Shown here: piece by piece, positions 20,896 to 31,465 of the stretch
Numbering within the stretch: position 1 is the first letter of the stretch
Layout of the letters: the number at the start of each line of letters is the position of its first letter
Assembly (NCBI GenBank): GCA_905182125.1
Contig: CAJJAV010000026.1
Span: 18,194 to 82,193 of the forward strand
Direction: 5' to 3'
From: an uncultured Candidatus Poseidoniales archaeon
Lineage (GTDB): Archaea > Thermoplasmatota > Poseidoniia > Poseidoniales > Poseidoniaceae
Length of the DNA: 64,000 nt
Made by a program: the position numbers and the translations under genes
Notes under the pieces: generated by a model
Told to the model about the DNA's origin: nothing
Database searches by the model: none
The model's input: only the letters and a program-made list of their open reading frames with translations

Positions 20896-21647
20896 TTAGG
20901 TTCTGAAAGGAGATGGGTTCAGCTTACCTTCCTTCGCCATCATGGAGGCTTGCAACAGAGAATCAGGTGTGCCGCAATCAACCCATGTTTCCTCGCCAAC
21001 TGTGAGCAATTTTGCTGCGCCATCTCTGACGTATGCGCGAGTGACATCTGAAATTGAAAAAGTCTCTCCATTCTCAGCCACGCCCGCATCCACAAAGGAC
21101 CAAAACCGTTCATCGAACATGTAAATGCCACCGATCGCGAGGTTGGATGGTGGATTGGGGGGTTTCTCAACAATGTCCACCACTTCGCCGTTCTCACCCA
21201 AAACCGCCACGCCGAAAGCCTCGGGGTTCGGCTCGATTCCGAGCCAAAAGGACACATCCGGGCATGTCCTTCTTCCAGGTTAAAGCGCGCAACTTCTGCT
21301 TCGAGCTCGATGGTTGTGATGTTGTCTGAGAAGTAGATGAGAAGCCTGCAATCTTCGTTGTAGACCCTTGCTAAGTTGAGTGCGTCAGCCACGCCCGTCG
21401 GTTCTTCTTCCAGAACATAGTGGATTCGTTCATCAGGAAAACCGGCTCCAACATGCTTTGTGATTTGACCGATGAATTGGTTTGAAACGATTGTGATGTC
21501 TTTGATGCCTGCACGGCGAATGGTACCGAGAGCGTAATCGATGACCGGCCTTTCATAGAGCGGTAAGAGCGTCTTTTGGGTGTATTTGGTGAAAGGGTAG
21601 AGGCGACTGCCATGGCCGCCAGCAAGCAGAATCGCCTTGACCTTCAT
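20896..21647 (-). pseudogene. Glucose-1-phosphate thymidylyltransferase-like nucleotidyltransferase, frameshifted near 21235-21275
   Basis: N-half (LAGGHGSRLYP.T....K.LLP) and C-half (PEAFGVA, IVEKP..PPSNLA..G.Y.FD, WVDCGT) are in different frames. May be a sequencing error. Confidence 0.75.
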
Positions 21648-21663
21648 GGCTTGTGGGAGGGTG

Positions 21664-22356
21664 TCATTCCTTTTGGCCTTGTCCCACCAGTTCATCCAAT
21701 GCCCCGTCCTTTGCATTTTTGTCCAGCCAATCGGTGCGGACCAAATCTCCAAGACGTTCCACGCCAGCCTCAATGAGGTCCAAATCAGCTTCTTCAGCCG
21801 CCTTCCAGCGCTCATTTGCCACAGTTTCATACTGTGCGTTTGCTTCAACGACCAGGTGCTCTGACCGGCTCAGTTCCCCTTCCAAACCATCGTAGATGCC
21901 CTCGGACTCCTTCACATCGCGACGTGCAGCAATGCCATCATGACCGTTCACCTCTATGCCCCCAGTGAATCCTTTTTCGTCATGACCACGGATGCTTCCG
22001 GCTTTTTTCTTGACTTGAACTTCATCAAAACGCCCTGTTTCAGCAGCCATGGTTAGCCGCTGACGAAAGCCTGTGTTCTCAAACAGTTCAGGATCAACTT
22101 CAAGCAACCTAAGCAAGGCCTCTTCTTGGCTCAGCGCTCGAGCATCTTGTTTTATTTTCACCAGCACGACCGTCGAAAAAAGCACAAGGAACCCAACGCT
22201 TGCTACAAAGGAGTTGAGATTGAGATACAGCGCCCCTGCGACCCCAAATCCTCCCGCAACCAACACTGCCACGATGAGACGGGTTGTGTTGCCCTGCCGA
22301 ATTTCGTCCGATTCGACGAATTCCAGGTATTGGGCAGCGTCGGTTTGCATTCCCAT
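21664..22356 (-). CDS. Hypothetical protein, 2 TM plus helical C-terminal domain
   Basis: Tightly packed in operon; start chosen to avoid overlap. Confidence 0.6.
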   Translation of the reverse strand: MGMQTDAAQYLEFVESDEIRQGNTTRLIVAVLVAGGFGVAGALYLNLNSFVASVGFLVLFSTVVLVKIKQDARALSQEEALLRLLEVDPELFENTGFRQRLTMAAETGRFDEVQVKKKAGSIRGHDEKGFTGGIEVNGHDGIAARRDVKESEGIYDGLEGELSRSEHLVVEANAQYETVANERWKAAEEADLDLIEAGVERLGDLVRTDWLDKNAKDGALDELVGQGQKE

Positions 22357-22360
22357 CACA

Positions 22361-22669
22361 TCACAAAAGAATTTTCTCAGCCTTGTGACGAAGTGCATCG
22401 TCTGTTTGGTCATCAACCGACCAACCGAGTATGTGCAGAGCTTCAAGTCGACTTGCTTGAATGCTGTTGGACATTCGTTCGAAGGCAAATTGAATCAATA
22501 AGAAAAACACAAGCACAGCGGCAACACCAAATTGCCATTGTGTGAACCAAGCAATTGCAGCTGAAAGAACGACTGCTTGGGCACCTGCCATCCATAGCCT
22601 CCGTTGAATTCGGGCCTCTGAGTCAAGGCTGTCGATCAGCCGTTGAGCGCCTTCCTTCTTTGTCGCCAT
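22361..22669 (-). CDS. Hypothetical 2-TM protein
   Basis: 102 aa, GGAG upstream of the ATG. Confidence 0.6.
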   Translation of the reverse strand: MATKKEGAQRLIDSLDSEARIQRRLWMAGAQAVVLSAAIAWFTQWQFGVAAVLVFFLLIQFAFERMSNSIQASRLEALHILGWSVDDQTDDALRHKAEKILL

Positions 22670-22708
22670 GTTGGCTCCAGTATGTTTTCATTGGTCAATA
22701 TGTCGGAA

Positions 22709-23323
22709 TCAGTCGAACAAATCGGTCAGCACTGCAGCGTTGAATTGTTCAGTCGCTTGCCGGCTCAACATCTGCTGAGTCAGATTGGAAACGGGGGCAT
22801 CTTGAACGAGGACACTGTCCTGAAGCATCAATTTCTGCCGTGGTTCCATGGCTAACTTCCGCACAACATCAGTAAGGGTTTGTTGAATTCGAGAGGTCTG
22901 TTCGGATTGCATCACAAGCAACCGTTCAAGACTGTCAAGCAGCGCCACGTTGCGGTTGCTGCGATCTTCGATGGCCTTTGATTGAGCCTTCATCGCCATT
23001 TCTTGCCGGTCCAATAATTCTCGAGCAGCGGGGCTTCCCACGGCGTCACGTCGATTGATTTCTTCAATCGCTTCATGCAATTCTAGGTTTGTCTTTTGGA
23101 GATGAAACTGCAATTCTTCAATGTGCAATGTTGATCGTTGGAGGTGTTGCTTTAACCCTCGACTTTGATCCATTAAACGATGTTGCCTCGCTCGGTGTTG
23201 AGCGGATTCAATCAAGAATGCAGTAGCAACAGCGCCGCCAAGCGCGAGTTCCGGATCCATTCGTAATTCCATCAAAAAGATCCATGCCAACATTCCGAAC
23301 ACAAGAGAGCGTACGATTCCCAT
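22709..23323 (-). CDS. Hypothetical protein, 2 TM plus long coiled coil
   Basis: N-terminal hydrophobic pair followed by Leu heptads. Confidence 0.6.
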   Translation of the reverse strand: MGIVRSLVFGMLAWIFLMELRMDPELALGGAVATAFLIESAQHRARQHRLMDQSRGLKQHLQRSTLHIEELQFHLQKTNLELHEAIEEINRRDAVGSPAARELLDRQEMAMKAQSKAIEDRSNRNVALLDSLERLLVMQSEQTSRIQQTLTDVVRKLAMEPRQKLMLQDSVLVQDAPVSNLTQQMLSRQATEQFNAAVLTDLFD

Positions 23324-23400
23324 AGTAGAACATGGGTGAGCACGGTATAACCAATTGTTGCTTGGGGGCCCTTGGGGCCCACATATTTGCCCCAAAAACA

Positions 23401-24048
23401 TCAAGCAGATGGGACAAAACAATCATCGTCAATCTCGAGCAATGACCCGATCGTAAGGAGATGATCGATTGCTTCGTCGATTTCTTCAGTGGAGACGCCG
23501 TGTTCCTTCATGCCCTTGAACATCACTTCGAGGGTGGCACATGGTTCGCCTTTGCCCATTTCTGTTTCGACGACCACAAGCAACATCTGACAGGCCACTG
23601 CAAGCAACGGGTCATCACCCTCATCGTCGGGAAGGAGGTCGAGGAAGGTCGCTGCAGGATGCATCAATTCATCAATCTGACTTCGAGGCAAAAGTTCAGC
23701 AACAGGTTCGGCAGCACGTGAGCCCAACCCCTTCAATCCATCAACGATGTCGAGGTTGAAACAATCAAAGATATTGCGCTGCAAAGGATCCAGCGTTTCA
23801 TCCGATTCAGGTTCCAGCCTGCGGGCGATGCTTTCCAAGCGATGCAACCGTTGTTCCACGGCCATCCGTTCCCTTGCGAGGTCGAGGGAAACAAGGTCCA
23901 ATGCCATTTTTGATTGTTCGACAAGCCATGATTCGAGCCTCCAATTGGGGTCGACGCTTTGCATCATCTCTGCGAGCTTTTGCACCTCAGGAGGCAATGA
24001 ATCCAGACGAATATGGCCTTCCGACACTTCGTTTTGCTTGTCGCTCAT
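23401..24048 (-). CDS. Hypothetical protein, coiled coil plus C-terminal winged-helix-like segment
   Basis: C-terminus GVSTEEIDEAIDHLLTIGSLLEIDDDCF resembles wH domains. Confidence 0.55.
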   Translation of the reverse strand: MSDKQNEVSEGHIRLDSLPPEVQKLAEMMQSVDPNWRLESWLVEQSKMALDLVSLDLARERMAVEQRLHRLESIARRLEPESDETLDPLQRNIFDCFNLDIVDGLKGLGSRAAEPVAELLPRSQIDELMHPAATFLDLLPDDEGDDPLLAVACQMLLVVVETEMGKGEPCATLEVMFKGMKEHGVSTEEIDEAIDHLLTIGSLLEIDDDCFVPSA

Positions 24049-24275
24049 GTTCTCTACTCTCCCCCATGACAGCCTATGAAGCCTTTCTCACTCAACGGAC
24101 CATGGTTTCCATTCTGCAACCGAATCACTGCGTTCATGCTTGCCCGATGAAGAACTTCCACTGGACGCCAACCTCTGCGCTTTGCCAAATACAAAGCAAG
24201 CCCCTTTTTCTCTAAAAGTGAGACCATAAATCCCAAGGGGTCGCGTTCATGTAGGGGTTGCCCTTGGCGGAAAGC

Positions 24276-25460
24276 ATGGGAAATTATCGGATTGGAGTTC
24301 TTCCCGGAGACGGCACTGGTCGCGAAGTTGCGCTTGAGGCTCAACGTATTCTCAACGCTATTGAAGCCAACACAAACCATGGTTTTGAACAAACCGTCAT
24401 TCAATGCGGTGGGCAACATTACCTCGAAACCGGTGAAGAATGGGCCGAAGGCTCCTTTGAATTCTGCCGCGATGAAGCCGATGCAATTTACCTCGGCGCC
24501 ATTGGCCACCCCGGGGCTCTTTTGCCCAACGGTGATCTGGCTGGTGGATCGGTGATCCTTGGAATGAGAAGCGGCTTGGACCTCTACGCCAACCTCCGCC
24601 CAATCAAACTCTACGAAGGCGTCCCGCACAAAGTGCATGGGCGATTCACCCAGATTTGGGAACCGGGCCTGGTCGACATGACGGTGCTCCGAGAAAACAC
24701 CGAAGGTCTGTACCATTCCTTGCTGCGACGCAGTGCAGATCGAGCTCAAGGGCGAGATCCTTACGAACCTCCATCCATGGAATTCCCGGGACTGAAGGGC
24801 GAAGTCGCCTACGACCCCCGTCCAATTTCAGAACACGGCAGTGAACGCTTGATTCGAATGGGCTTTGAAATCGCAGAGACGCGAAACGGAGCACCAGTTG
24901 ATGGCGTTAAGCGTGTTTCCTGCATCGACAAATCCAATGTCACCCGCGGCTGTCAACTGTTCCGCCGAACCTTCGATAAGGTCGCCGATCAGTTCCCTGG
25001 GACCGAGAAAGATTACGGCTACATTGACGCTTTCATGCAGTGGCTCACCCGCTCACCAGAATCCTATGACGTTGTTGTTACTTCGAACATGTTCGGCGAC
25101 ATCGCAACAGATTTGGGCGCTGTTCTGCAAGGAGGAATGGGAATGGCTGCTTCAGGAAACATCGGAGACCACCACGCTTTCTTCGAACCCGTTCACGGAT
25201 CAGCGCCTAAGTACGCTGGTATGAACAAGGTCAACCCCATTGCCACAATCAACTCCATTCAACTGATGATGGATTGGCTGGGTCGCAGAAATGGCGAAGA
25301 CGAACTCATTCACATCGGACGGTTGATCGATGAAAGTGTTGCAGACCATCTTCGTGAAGGCAAAGGCTTGACCTACGATCTTGGTGGCGATGCTTCGTGT
25401 TCCGCAGTTGGAGAAAGCATCTCTTCTCGTTTGGTTGCTAAACTCAGTGAAGAATTCTGA
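24276..25460 (+). CDS. Isocitrate/isopropylmalate dehydrogenase family protein
   Basis: [45 protein letters not shown]. Confidence 0.92.
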   Translation: MGNYRIGVLPGDGTGREVALEAQRILNAIEANTNHGFEQTVIQCGGQHYLETGEEWAEGSFEFCRDEADAIYLGAIGHPGALLPNGDLAGGSVILGMRSGLDLYANLRPIKLYEGVPHKVHGRFTQIWEPGLVDMTVLRENTEGLYHSLLRRSADRAQGRDPYEPPSMEFPGLKGEVAYDPRPISEHGSERLIRMGFEIAETRNGAPVDGVKRVSCIDKSNVTRGCQLFRRTFDKVADQFPGTEKDYGYIDAFMQWLTRSPESYDVVVTSNMFGDIATDLGAVLQGGMGMAASGNIGDHHAFFEPVHGSAPKYAGMNKVNPIATINSIQLMMDWLGRRNGEDELIHIGRLIDESVADHLREGKGLTYDLGGDASCSAVGESISSRLVAKLSEEF

Positions 25461-25497
25461 TTTCAGAACTCGCACCTCGGCGAACGGAACCATTGTT

Positions 25498-26253
25498 TCA
25501 AGCATCAGGTGCGCTAAATTTTTTCGATATATGGCGCAGTGCGTCGGTTAAGCCCGCTTCATTGTCATAGAACGGCCCGCCGTTACCCTGCATGGGTTGT
25601 GAAAGGAGGTCCAACATGTTCTGAACCACTCTGGTCAGTTCATCCACGATGGTGATGTTGCCCATTTTTGCTGAACGTGAAAGAGGGTTGAGGTCGATGA
25701 CAATCACGGTCTTCCCCATCGACACCAAGGCTTCGCATCGGTCACCGTCCTCCAAAGGAACCATGATGACGTCCGAGTCGAGGATTCCTTCTTTGGTGCA
25801 GTTTGCGCGCGGCCCTTCCAAGCCTGGAATCTTCGCATTTGGTTCTGCGCCGAGGATTTGAACATCGATGCCTTCTGAAGATTTAATCACCTCGAGGTGG
25901 CTCAACAATGCTTCCATCCGTTCGGGGGTACGGTAGAAAATGTTGATTTCAACCGGGCATTCGAGCACTGCAGCTAATTGGAGCATTTCCTTTCCAGCCA
26001 AAGCAACCACGTTTCCGTTCAGGCTCAACACGGGTTGACTTGCTCCTCTGAGGGCTGCAAGTGCTGCTTTTGTGGCTTGTAAAGCGCTTGGAATCGTTTG
26101 TTCACCAAGCAGGTAATCGTATGCTTCACCGCGCCCGTGGGCAATCATCGCACTTCCAGCGAGCATTCCCTTTTTTTCAGCTTCTTCCAATCGGTGCCGT
26201 AGCAAGAGCGACTGGTACCGCGGGTGGGTCGGGTCGGCAGCAATTTCATCCAT
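25498..26253 (-). CDS. Phosphopantothenate synthetase (4-phosphopantoate--beta-alanine ligase)
   Basis: HPRYQSL..R, AHGRGEAYDYLLGE, VPLEDGDR, IDLNPLSR. Confidence 0.92.
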   Translation of the reverse strand: MDEIAADPTHPRYQSLLLRHRLEEAEKKGMLAGSAMIAHGRGEAYDYLLGEQTIPSALQATKAALAALRGASQPVLSLNGNVVALAGKEMLQLAAVLECPVEINIFYRTPERMEALLSHLEVIKSSEGIDVQILGAEPNAKIPGLEGPRANCTKEGILDSDVIMVPLEDGDRCEALVSMGKTVIVIDLNPLSRSAKMGNITIVDELTRVVQNMLDLLSQPMQGNGGPFYDNEAGLTDALRHISKKFSAPDA

Positions 26254-26266
26254 TGAATCACTCCGA

Positions 26267-27208
26267 TTAAGCGCCGGTGATCAGCATCGAAACGTCCAGT
26301 GGGGGTACGCCCCTGTTGATGGCACTGGTTGACAACACATCCAATCCACATTCATGCCACTGTTCGAGATGTTCGAATTCGATGCCACCGCTTGCTTCCA
26401 ACACGACATGTTCGCGCAGTCCCATTTCAACGAGTTCCGCCGCAACTTCTTGGCAACGCTCGGGTCCAAAATTATCGAGCATTACCACGAGTTTTTTGAC
26501 ACCCTCTTCGCGACGTTGAGCCCACACAGCAGCCGCAATGACCGCTTCCTTGTTCTCTCTGACTTCGATTTCGAGGAATGCCCCGGATGTTGTCACATCA
26601 ACTTCTTGTAAAAATTGAGCGATTCGGTTTGAATGACCATCGACGTCTTGGAGCATTGAAGCAAGGTCGTTTTCTTTGATCATCAGTGCGTCGTTCTTCT
26701 GTAAACGGTGCGTTAAACCACCACCGAGGTGCACCGCCCATTTATCCATTAAACCCCAGATTGTTTTGCGGGTGCATGCAATTTGACCGGGGGCGATTGC
26801 TGACCATCGCTTTGCTTCAGTAGCGATGCCTGAGAGTTGGCCTAGAACGTTGAGAATGCTCCTTTCCATTGCCAACAATGTTTCGCGATCACCAGAAAGA
26901 GAAGCGATTTCGTCGTCTTTGACGACCCTTTTGCCATCGCTGGCCTGCCAGGATATCTTCAGGGAAGGCGCCCATATTTGCAACATGTGATCGATCGCAG
27001 CGGTCCCAACAACAATGCCATCAGCCCGAGCAACAATCGTTGCTTCAACGGCGTCGTTTCCGCCCATAAATGGCATATCGATGCCGTCGTCGGCAAGCAC
27101 AGCACCGACCCATCGATCGAAACTCCCTTGAAGCATTCGGGTCGGACCGTCCTCAGCAGACCACAGAAGATGGCCACGGTCGTGTGGAGGTCGCCGTGTA
27201 TCTGCCAT
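26267..27208 (-). CDS. nadC: Nicotinate-nucleotide diphosphorylase (carboxylating)
   Basis: ER..LN....LSGIAT, TRKT, GGG..HR, IKEN, EIEV, MLDN, EASGGI. Confidence 0.88.
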   Translation of the reverse strand: MADTRRPPHDRGHLLWSAEDGPTRMLQGSFDRWVGAVLADDGIDMPFMGGNDAVEATIVARADGIVVGTAAIDHMLQIWAPSLKISWQASDGKRVVKDDEIASLSGDRETLLAMERSILNVLGQLSGIATEAKRWSAIAPGQIACTRKTIWGLMDKWAVHLGGGLTHRLQKNDALMIKENDLASMLQDVDGHSNRIAQFLQEVDVTTSGAFLEIEVRENKEAVIAAAVWAQRREEGVKKLVVMLDNFGPERCQEVAAELVEMGLREHVVLEASGGIEFEHLEQWHECGLDVLSTSAINRGVPPLDVSMLITGA

Positions 27209-27310
27209 GGACGGCCGTAGAGGTTCATCGACTTGAAACCAAGTGCTTGCGATAAAATCAGTTTCCGAAACAGTACAAGTTTTGATAAGCCAAAAGGAAG
27301 GCATGGCAAC

Positions 27311-28012
27311 ATGGACGCAGGAGGGACTTCATCGCTTGCCCCATTGCTCCTCCAAGAGCGTGTCATCGCCAGCACATCGATCCATATTTTTGGTGCTGGA
27401 TTGAATCACGAGCGCCCTGCACATCAAGCTGTGAAGGAAGTGTCGCAGCGCGGCTGGGCTTGCAGCCCGATTCATCCAAACGATGGCGGAGCAACAGTGG
27501 CAGGTTTCCCAATCCGGCCTTCCCTCGATGATGGCTTGGTCCCGGAAATTGTAGTGCTGTTTTTGGCCCCTGAACGGGCAAGGGCTGTGGTCCGCGACTT
27601 GATCATCAGGCTCGATCATGAACACTTTCCCCTGGTCTGGTTCCAACGCGGAGCCCAAGACCCCTCTTCGATTGAAGCGCTTCAATCGATGGGTGCTGCG
27701 TATGTTACCGACGATTGCATTGTCGAATACACAAACCGGCATGATCTTCGATGCGCATCATCACCACTTCCTCAGATGTTCTGTCTGCAAACTGCTTCGG
27801 AGGATGGGGACGGGTGTTCTGTATGGACTGTCCATTCCACTCGAGACGCGGTGTTGGTCAAACCGACATACGCCCTCGAGTGGGTCGGGACATTGGATGA
27901 CTTAGAACGTTCAAACCACACCATACCCCGATACATCCGTTCCTTGCAGGCAACAAATGAATCTCTTGCTGTGTTGGCACAGAGGTTGACTCAAACGGAG
28001 GCTGCATCATGA
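27311..28012 (+). CDS. CoA-binding domain protein with C-terminal extension
   Basis: YccU-like GAG....RPA, PIHP, VWFQ.GA, D.CI. Confidence 0.72.
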   Translation: MDAGGTSSLAPLLLQERVIASTSIHIFGAGLNHERPAHQAVKEVSQRGWACSPIHPNDGGATVAGFPIRPSLDDGLVPEIVVLFLAPERARAVVRDLIIRLDHEHFPLVWFQRGAQDPSSIEALQSMGAAYVTDDCIVEYTNRHDLRCASSPLPQMFCLQTASEDGDGCSVWTVHSTRDAVLVKPTYALEWVGTLDDLERSNHTIPRYIRSLQATNESLAVLAQRLTQTEAAS

Positions 28013-28077
28013 AGTCAATCCCTCCATCCAGACATAGCGGGGGTAGCATTATGACGGTTCGGAAGGGAGGAAATCCC

Positions 28078-31000
28078 ATGCGTGCCAAGTTCATGTGCCT
28101 CATGTTGCTCGGCGCCATGCTGGTGCCGATGACAAGCGCATCGCTTGCAGGCACCTCTGCTCTTGCTACCGAAGGCGCCCCCCTTTCCGCAGCCGAAAAC
28201 CACCCCATCATCGATGGCTATTCTTCATCGATTCAAGCCTCAATCGCCTTCCATAGTGATTTGTCGACCTACGACGAAGACGCCCTGCTTGATGTGAAGG
28301 ATTGGGTTGTATTTTCTCACCTTGAGGTGGGGGTGCCAACCGAACACCTCGAGGGGGCGTTCATCGTTCAGTTGAATGCAGAAGAGGCACTGAGGACCCT
28401 TGAACAATGGCAACAAATCGGGAAGATCGAAGCGGCTTACCCTCTTGTCGAACGGTCGATGGAGCCAAGATGGGCCCCGAACGATCCCAAATTCAGCGAA
28501 CAATGGCATCTTGTCAACACCGGTCAAACTGGCGGGACCAGCGGCGAAGATGTCAACATCACAGGCGCATGGAACACCTACAAGGGCGCTGGCGTGGTCA
28601 TAGGGATTGTCGATGATGGTCTGGATTGGAACCATCCAGATATCTTCGCAGATTATGATTCCAGCCTCGATTATGATTTTTGCAACAACGACGACGATCC
28701 AACGCCGACCTCGAACAACGCACACGGAACCGCCGCTGGAGGCGTTGCCGCCGCAACTGGCAACAATGGCATTGGTGTCACCGGCGCTGCACCAGAAGCA
28801 ACCCTCGTCGGGCTCCAACTCATCTCATGCAGCACCACAGACGTCCGTGAGGGCAATACCTTGGGCCACGAGCAACAAGACATTGATATTTATTCGAATT
28901 CGTGGGGCCCGAGCGATAACGGAGAGACCCTTGAGGGGCCTGGCCCCTTGATGCTCGCGGCTCTTGAAGCAGGCGCGCTTCAAGGGAGAAATGGCCTGGG
29001 TAACATCATCACATGGGCAGCAGGAAACGGACTTGACGACGATGACAATTCAAACAATGACGGCTATGCGAACCTGCGGTACACCATTGCGGTCACCGCT
29101 GTGGACCACAAGGGCCAACAATCATACTACGCTGAACCGGGAGCAAATGTGCTTGTTGCCTCGCCTTCAAATGGTGACGGAGAGAGCATCACCACCACAG
29201 ACATCGAAGGTTCAGGCGGGTACAGCGGCACTGACTACACCAGCACATTTGGCGGCACCTCCTCAGCAACACCGCTCGTTTCCGGCATCATCGCCTTGAT
29301 GCTTGAAGCAAATGCAAACCTCACATGGCGAGACGTCCAACACATTTTGGTCGAAACTTCCAAACAAAACGATCCAAATGATAATTCTTGGGCCACCAAC
29401 GGAGCAGGCCACCTCGTGAGCCACAAGTACGGCTACGGGGTGATTGATGCGGGAGCAGCGGTTGCTGCAGCAGTCAATTGGGAAATTGCCGATGAAGAAA
29501 TATCAGTTTCTTCGGGGACCATTCAGACCGATCTCGATATTCCTGACCGGGACGAAGGGTACATCGAGGTCAACACAACAGTGACCGAAGCGATTCAAAT
29601 CGAAAACCTGGATGTCATCGTCGACATTCCGCATAATTTCCGTGGTGATTTGGCACTTACGCTGACAAGCCCATCGGGGCACCAAAGCATCCTTTCTGAA
29701 AAACACGATGACGAAAACAACGACTACAACAATTGGCGCTTTGGCTCCGTTCAACACTGGGGCGAAGACAGCCGAGGCACGTGGACATTATCGGTGGAAG
29801 ATCAAGGTTACGGCGACACGGGGACCCTCGAAGAATGGGCGCTGATTCTCCACGGGACACAATTGAACCTCGATTCAGACGGCGACAACCTCAGCGACGC
29901 CAATGAAACAGATGTCTACGGCACCGACCCCTACGACATTGACACGGATGATGATGAACTAAACGACGGACTGGAAGTGCTCGTGTATGGGACCGACCCC
30001 CTCTCGGTAGACACCGATATGGACGGTCTTGACGACGGCACAGAAGTGCTCGTGAATGGGACAGATCCCCTTGACAACGACACGGACGATGACCTTCTTT
30101 CTGATGGCGATGAAGTGTACATCTATGGCACGAACCCACTTGTTTTCGATGCTGACGGCGACTCCGATGGGTTCTATTGGTTCCAAGATTGCAACGATTC
30201 AAACCAAGACGTCTATCCGAATGCTCTCGAGGTGTTGAATGGCATCGATGACGACTGTAACGGCTCTTGGGACGAAGGTTTCAACCTCACAGACGCCGAT
30301 TCAGATGGCCTGTATGATTTTGAAGAGTACCATGGCTATGGCACGGATTGGCAAAACAGCGACACCGATGGAGACGGTCTTGAAGACGGTGCAGAAGTGA
30401 TGATTTACACGACTGACCCACTTGTCAACGACAACGATTCGGACATGGACGGGTATTATTGGTTCCAAGACTGTGACGATACAAACGCCTCCTTTAACCC
30501 CGGTATGGCTGAAACATTGGATGGCTTGGACAACAACTGCAACGGGGAAATCGATGAAGATTTTATCGATACAGACGCTGACTTCGACGGGTTGTTGGAT
30601 ATGGAAGAGTACCTGACTCACGGCACCGATCCGTTCGATCCAGACACCGATGGTGACGGCTTGCTCGATGGTATTGAACTGTTTTCAACCAACACAGATC
30701 CACTCTATCCAGACCTTGACAACGATGGCGATGGTTACCGTTGGTTCAACGACTGCAACGACAACAACAGCTTGATTTCACCGAGCGCAACAGAACGCTG
30801 GAACGGCATTGATGACGACTGCGATGACGGGATTGACGAAGACATCGACCGCTCCGCCTATGTTTCCGCCTCGCCACAATTTAGAAGCCTTACATTGAAC
30901 GCTACCAACGACACCCTCCAACTCTCGCTTTCGATCTCTCTTGATAATCAAAGCCTCGATAAGATCAATCCAACCATTCAATGGTCGAGGAACAATACGG

Positions 31001-31458
31001 TGATTGGAACGGGGCTTACCTTCGAAGAACAAGCCTTTGACTGCACGTTCCCGGCTTCGGAGTTTGGACGATACCTCTGCGATACCAACGGCACGGTCGG
31101 TCCAGAGTTCATCACCGCCACACTCATCGATGAACGTGGACAAATCAGCGTCAGGTGGTCCATCACATACCTCGTTTGGAACCCTCCACCGCCGGCACCC
31201 GTTGTCGAGGATGAAGCAGAAACTTCCGAAGAGGCCAATCTGAAGACGACGTTGGAATCCAATGGTCTTCTTGTGGCTTCTGCGGCAGTCTTTGTGATCG
31301 CCTTGCTCGCTTTCCTTATCACAAGGCCACGCAGGCCAAAGCAAGTGGTTCAGAGTCCTTTTTCCCAAACGCCGCAGAGCTATGCTCCACCACAGTTTGT
31401 TAACGTGCCATCGGCTCCAGACTTAGGAAACCTACCGCCTTACGACCCTCGCCGTTAA
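28078..31458 (+). CDS. Membrane-anchored kexin/furin-like S8 serine protease with P-domain and acidic repeats
   Basis: Signal peptide; triad VDDG/HGT/GTSSATP with oxyanion AAGNG; SNSWGP; P-domain; DTDxDGLxDGxE and DCxD..NP...E...GIDDDC repeats; C-terminal TM. Confidence 0.9.
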   Translation: MRAKFMCLMLLGAMLVPMTSASLAGTSALATEGAPLSAAENHPIIDGYSSSIQASIAFHSDLSTYDEDALLDVKDWVVFSHLEVGVPTEHLEGAFIVQLNAEEALRTLEQWQQIGKIEAAYPLVERSMEPRWAPNDPKFSEQWHLVNTGQTGGTSGEDVNITGAWNTYKGAGVVIGIVDDGLDWNHPDIFADYDSSLDYDFCNNDDDPTPTSNNAHGTAAGGVAAATGNNGIGVTGAAPEATLVGLQLISCSTTDVREGNTLGHEQQDIDIYSNSWGPSDNGETLEGPGPLMLAALEAGALQGRNGLGNIITWAAGNGLDDDDNSNNDGYANLRYTIAVTAVDHKGQQSYYAEPGANVLVASPSNGDGESITTTDIEGSGGYSGTDYTSTFGGTSSATPLVSGIIALMLEANANLTWRDVQHILVETSKQNDPNDNSWATNGAGHLVSHKYGYGVIDAGAAVAAAVNWEIADEEISVSSGTIQTDLDIPDRDEGYIEVNTTVTEAIQIENLDVIVDIPHNFRGDLALTLTSPSGHQSILSEKHDDENNDYNNWRFGSVQHWGEDSRGTWTLSVEDQGYGDTGTLEEWALILHGTQLNLDSDGDNLSDANETDVYGTDPYDIDTDDDELNDGLEVLVYGTDPLSVDTDMDGLDDGTEVLVNGTDPLDNDTDDDLLSDGDEVYIYGTNPLVFDADGDSDGFYWFQDCNDSNQDVYPNALEVLNGIDDDCNGSWDEGFNLTDADSDGLYDFEEYHGYGTDWQNSDTDGDGLEDGAEVMIYTTDPLVNDNDSDMDGYYWFQDCDDTNASFNPGMAETLDGLDNNCNGEIDEDFIDTDADFDGLLDMEEYLTHGTDPFDPDTDGDGLLDGIELFSTNTDPLYPDLDNDGDGYRWFNDCNDNNSLISPSATERWNGIDDDCDDGIDEDIDRSAYVSASPQFRSLTLNATNDTLQLSLSISLDNQSLDKINPTIQWSRNNTVIGTGLTFEEQAFDCTFPASEFGRYLCDTNGTVGPEFITATLIDERGQISVRWSITYLVWNPPPPAPVVEDEAETSEEANLKTTLESNGLLVASAAVFVIALLAFLITRPRRPKQVVQSPFSQTPQSYAPPQFVNVPSAPDLGNLPPYDPRR
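29866..30846 (+). repeat. Intragenic imperfect Asp-rich tandem repeats
   Basis: About 8 'DxDGDGLxDxxE...GTDP' units and 3 'DGYxWFxDCxD...GxDxxCxG.xDE' units. Confidence 0.75.
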
Positions 31459-31465
31459 CAAGCGA

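Noticed and set aside
29866..30846. Periodic DNA resembling a repeat array or CRISPR
   Set aside because: In-frame degenerate protein repeats, with no constant repeat and unique spacer pattern.
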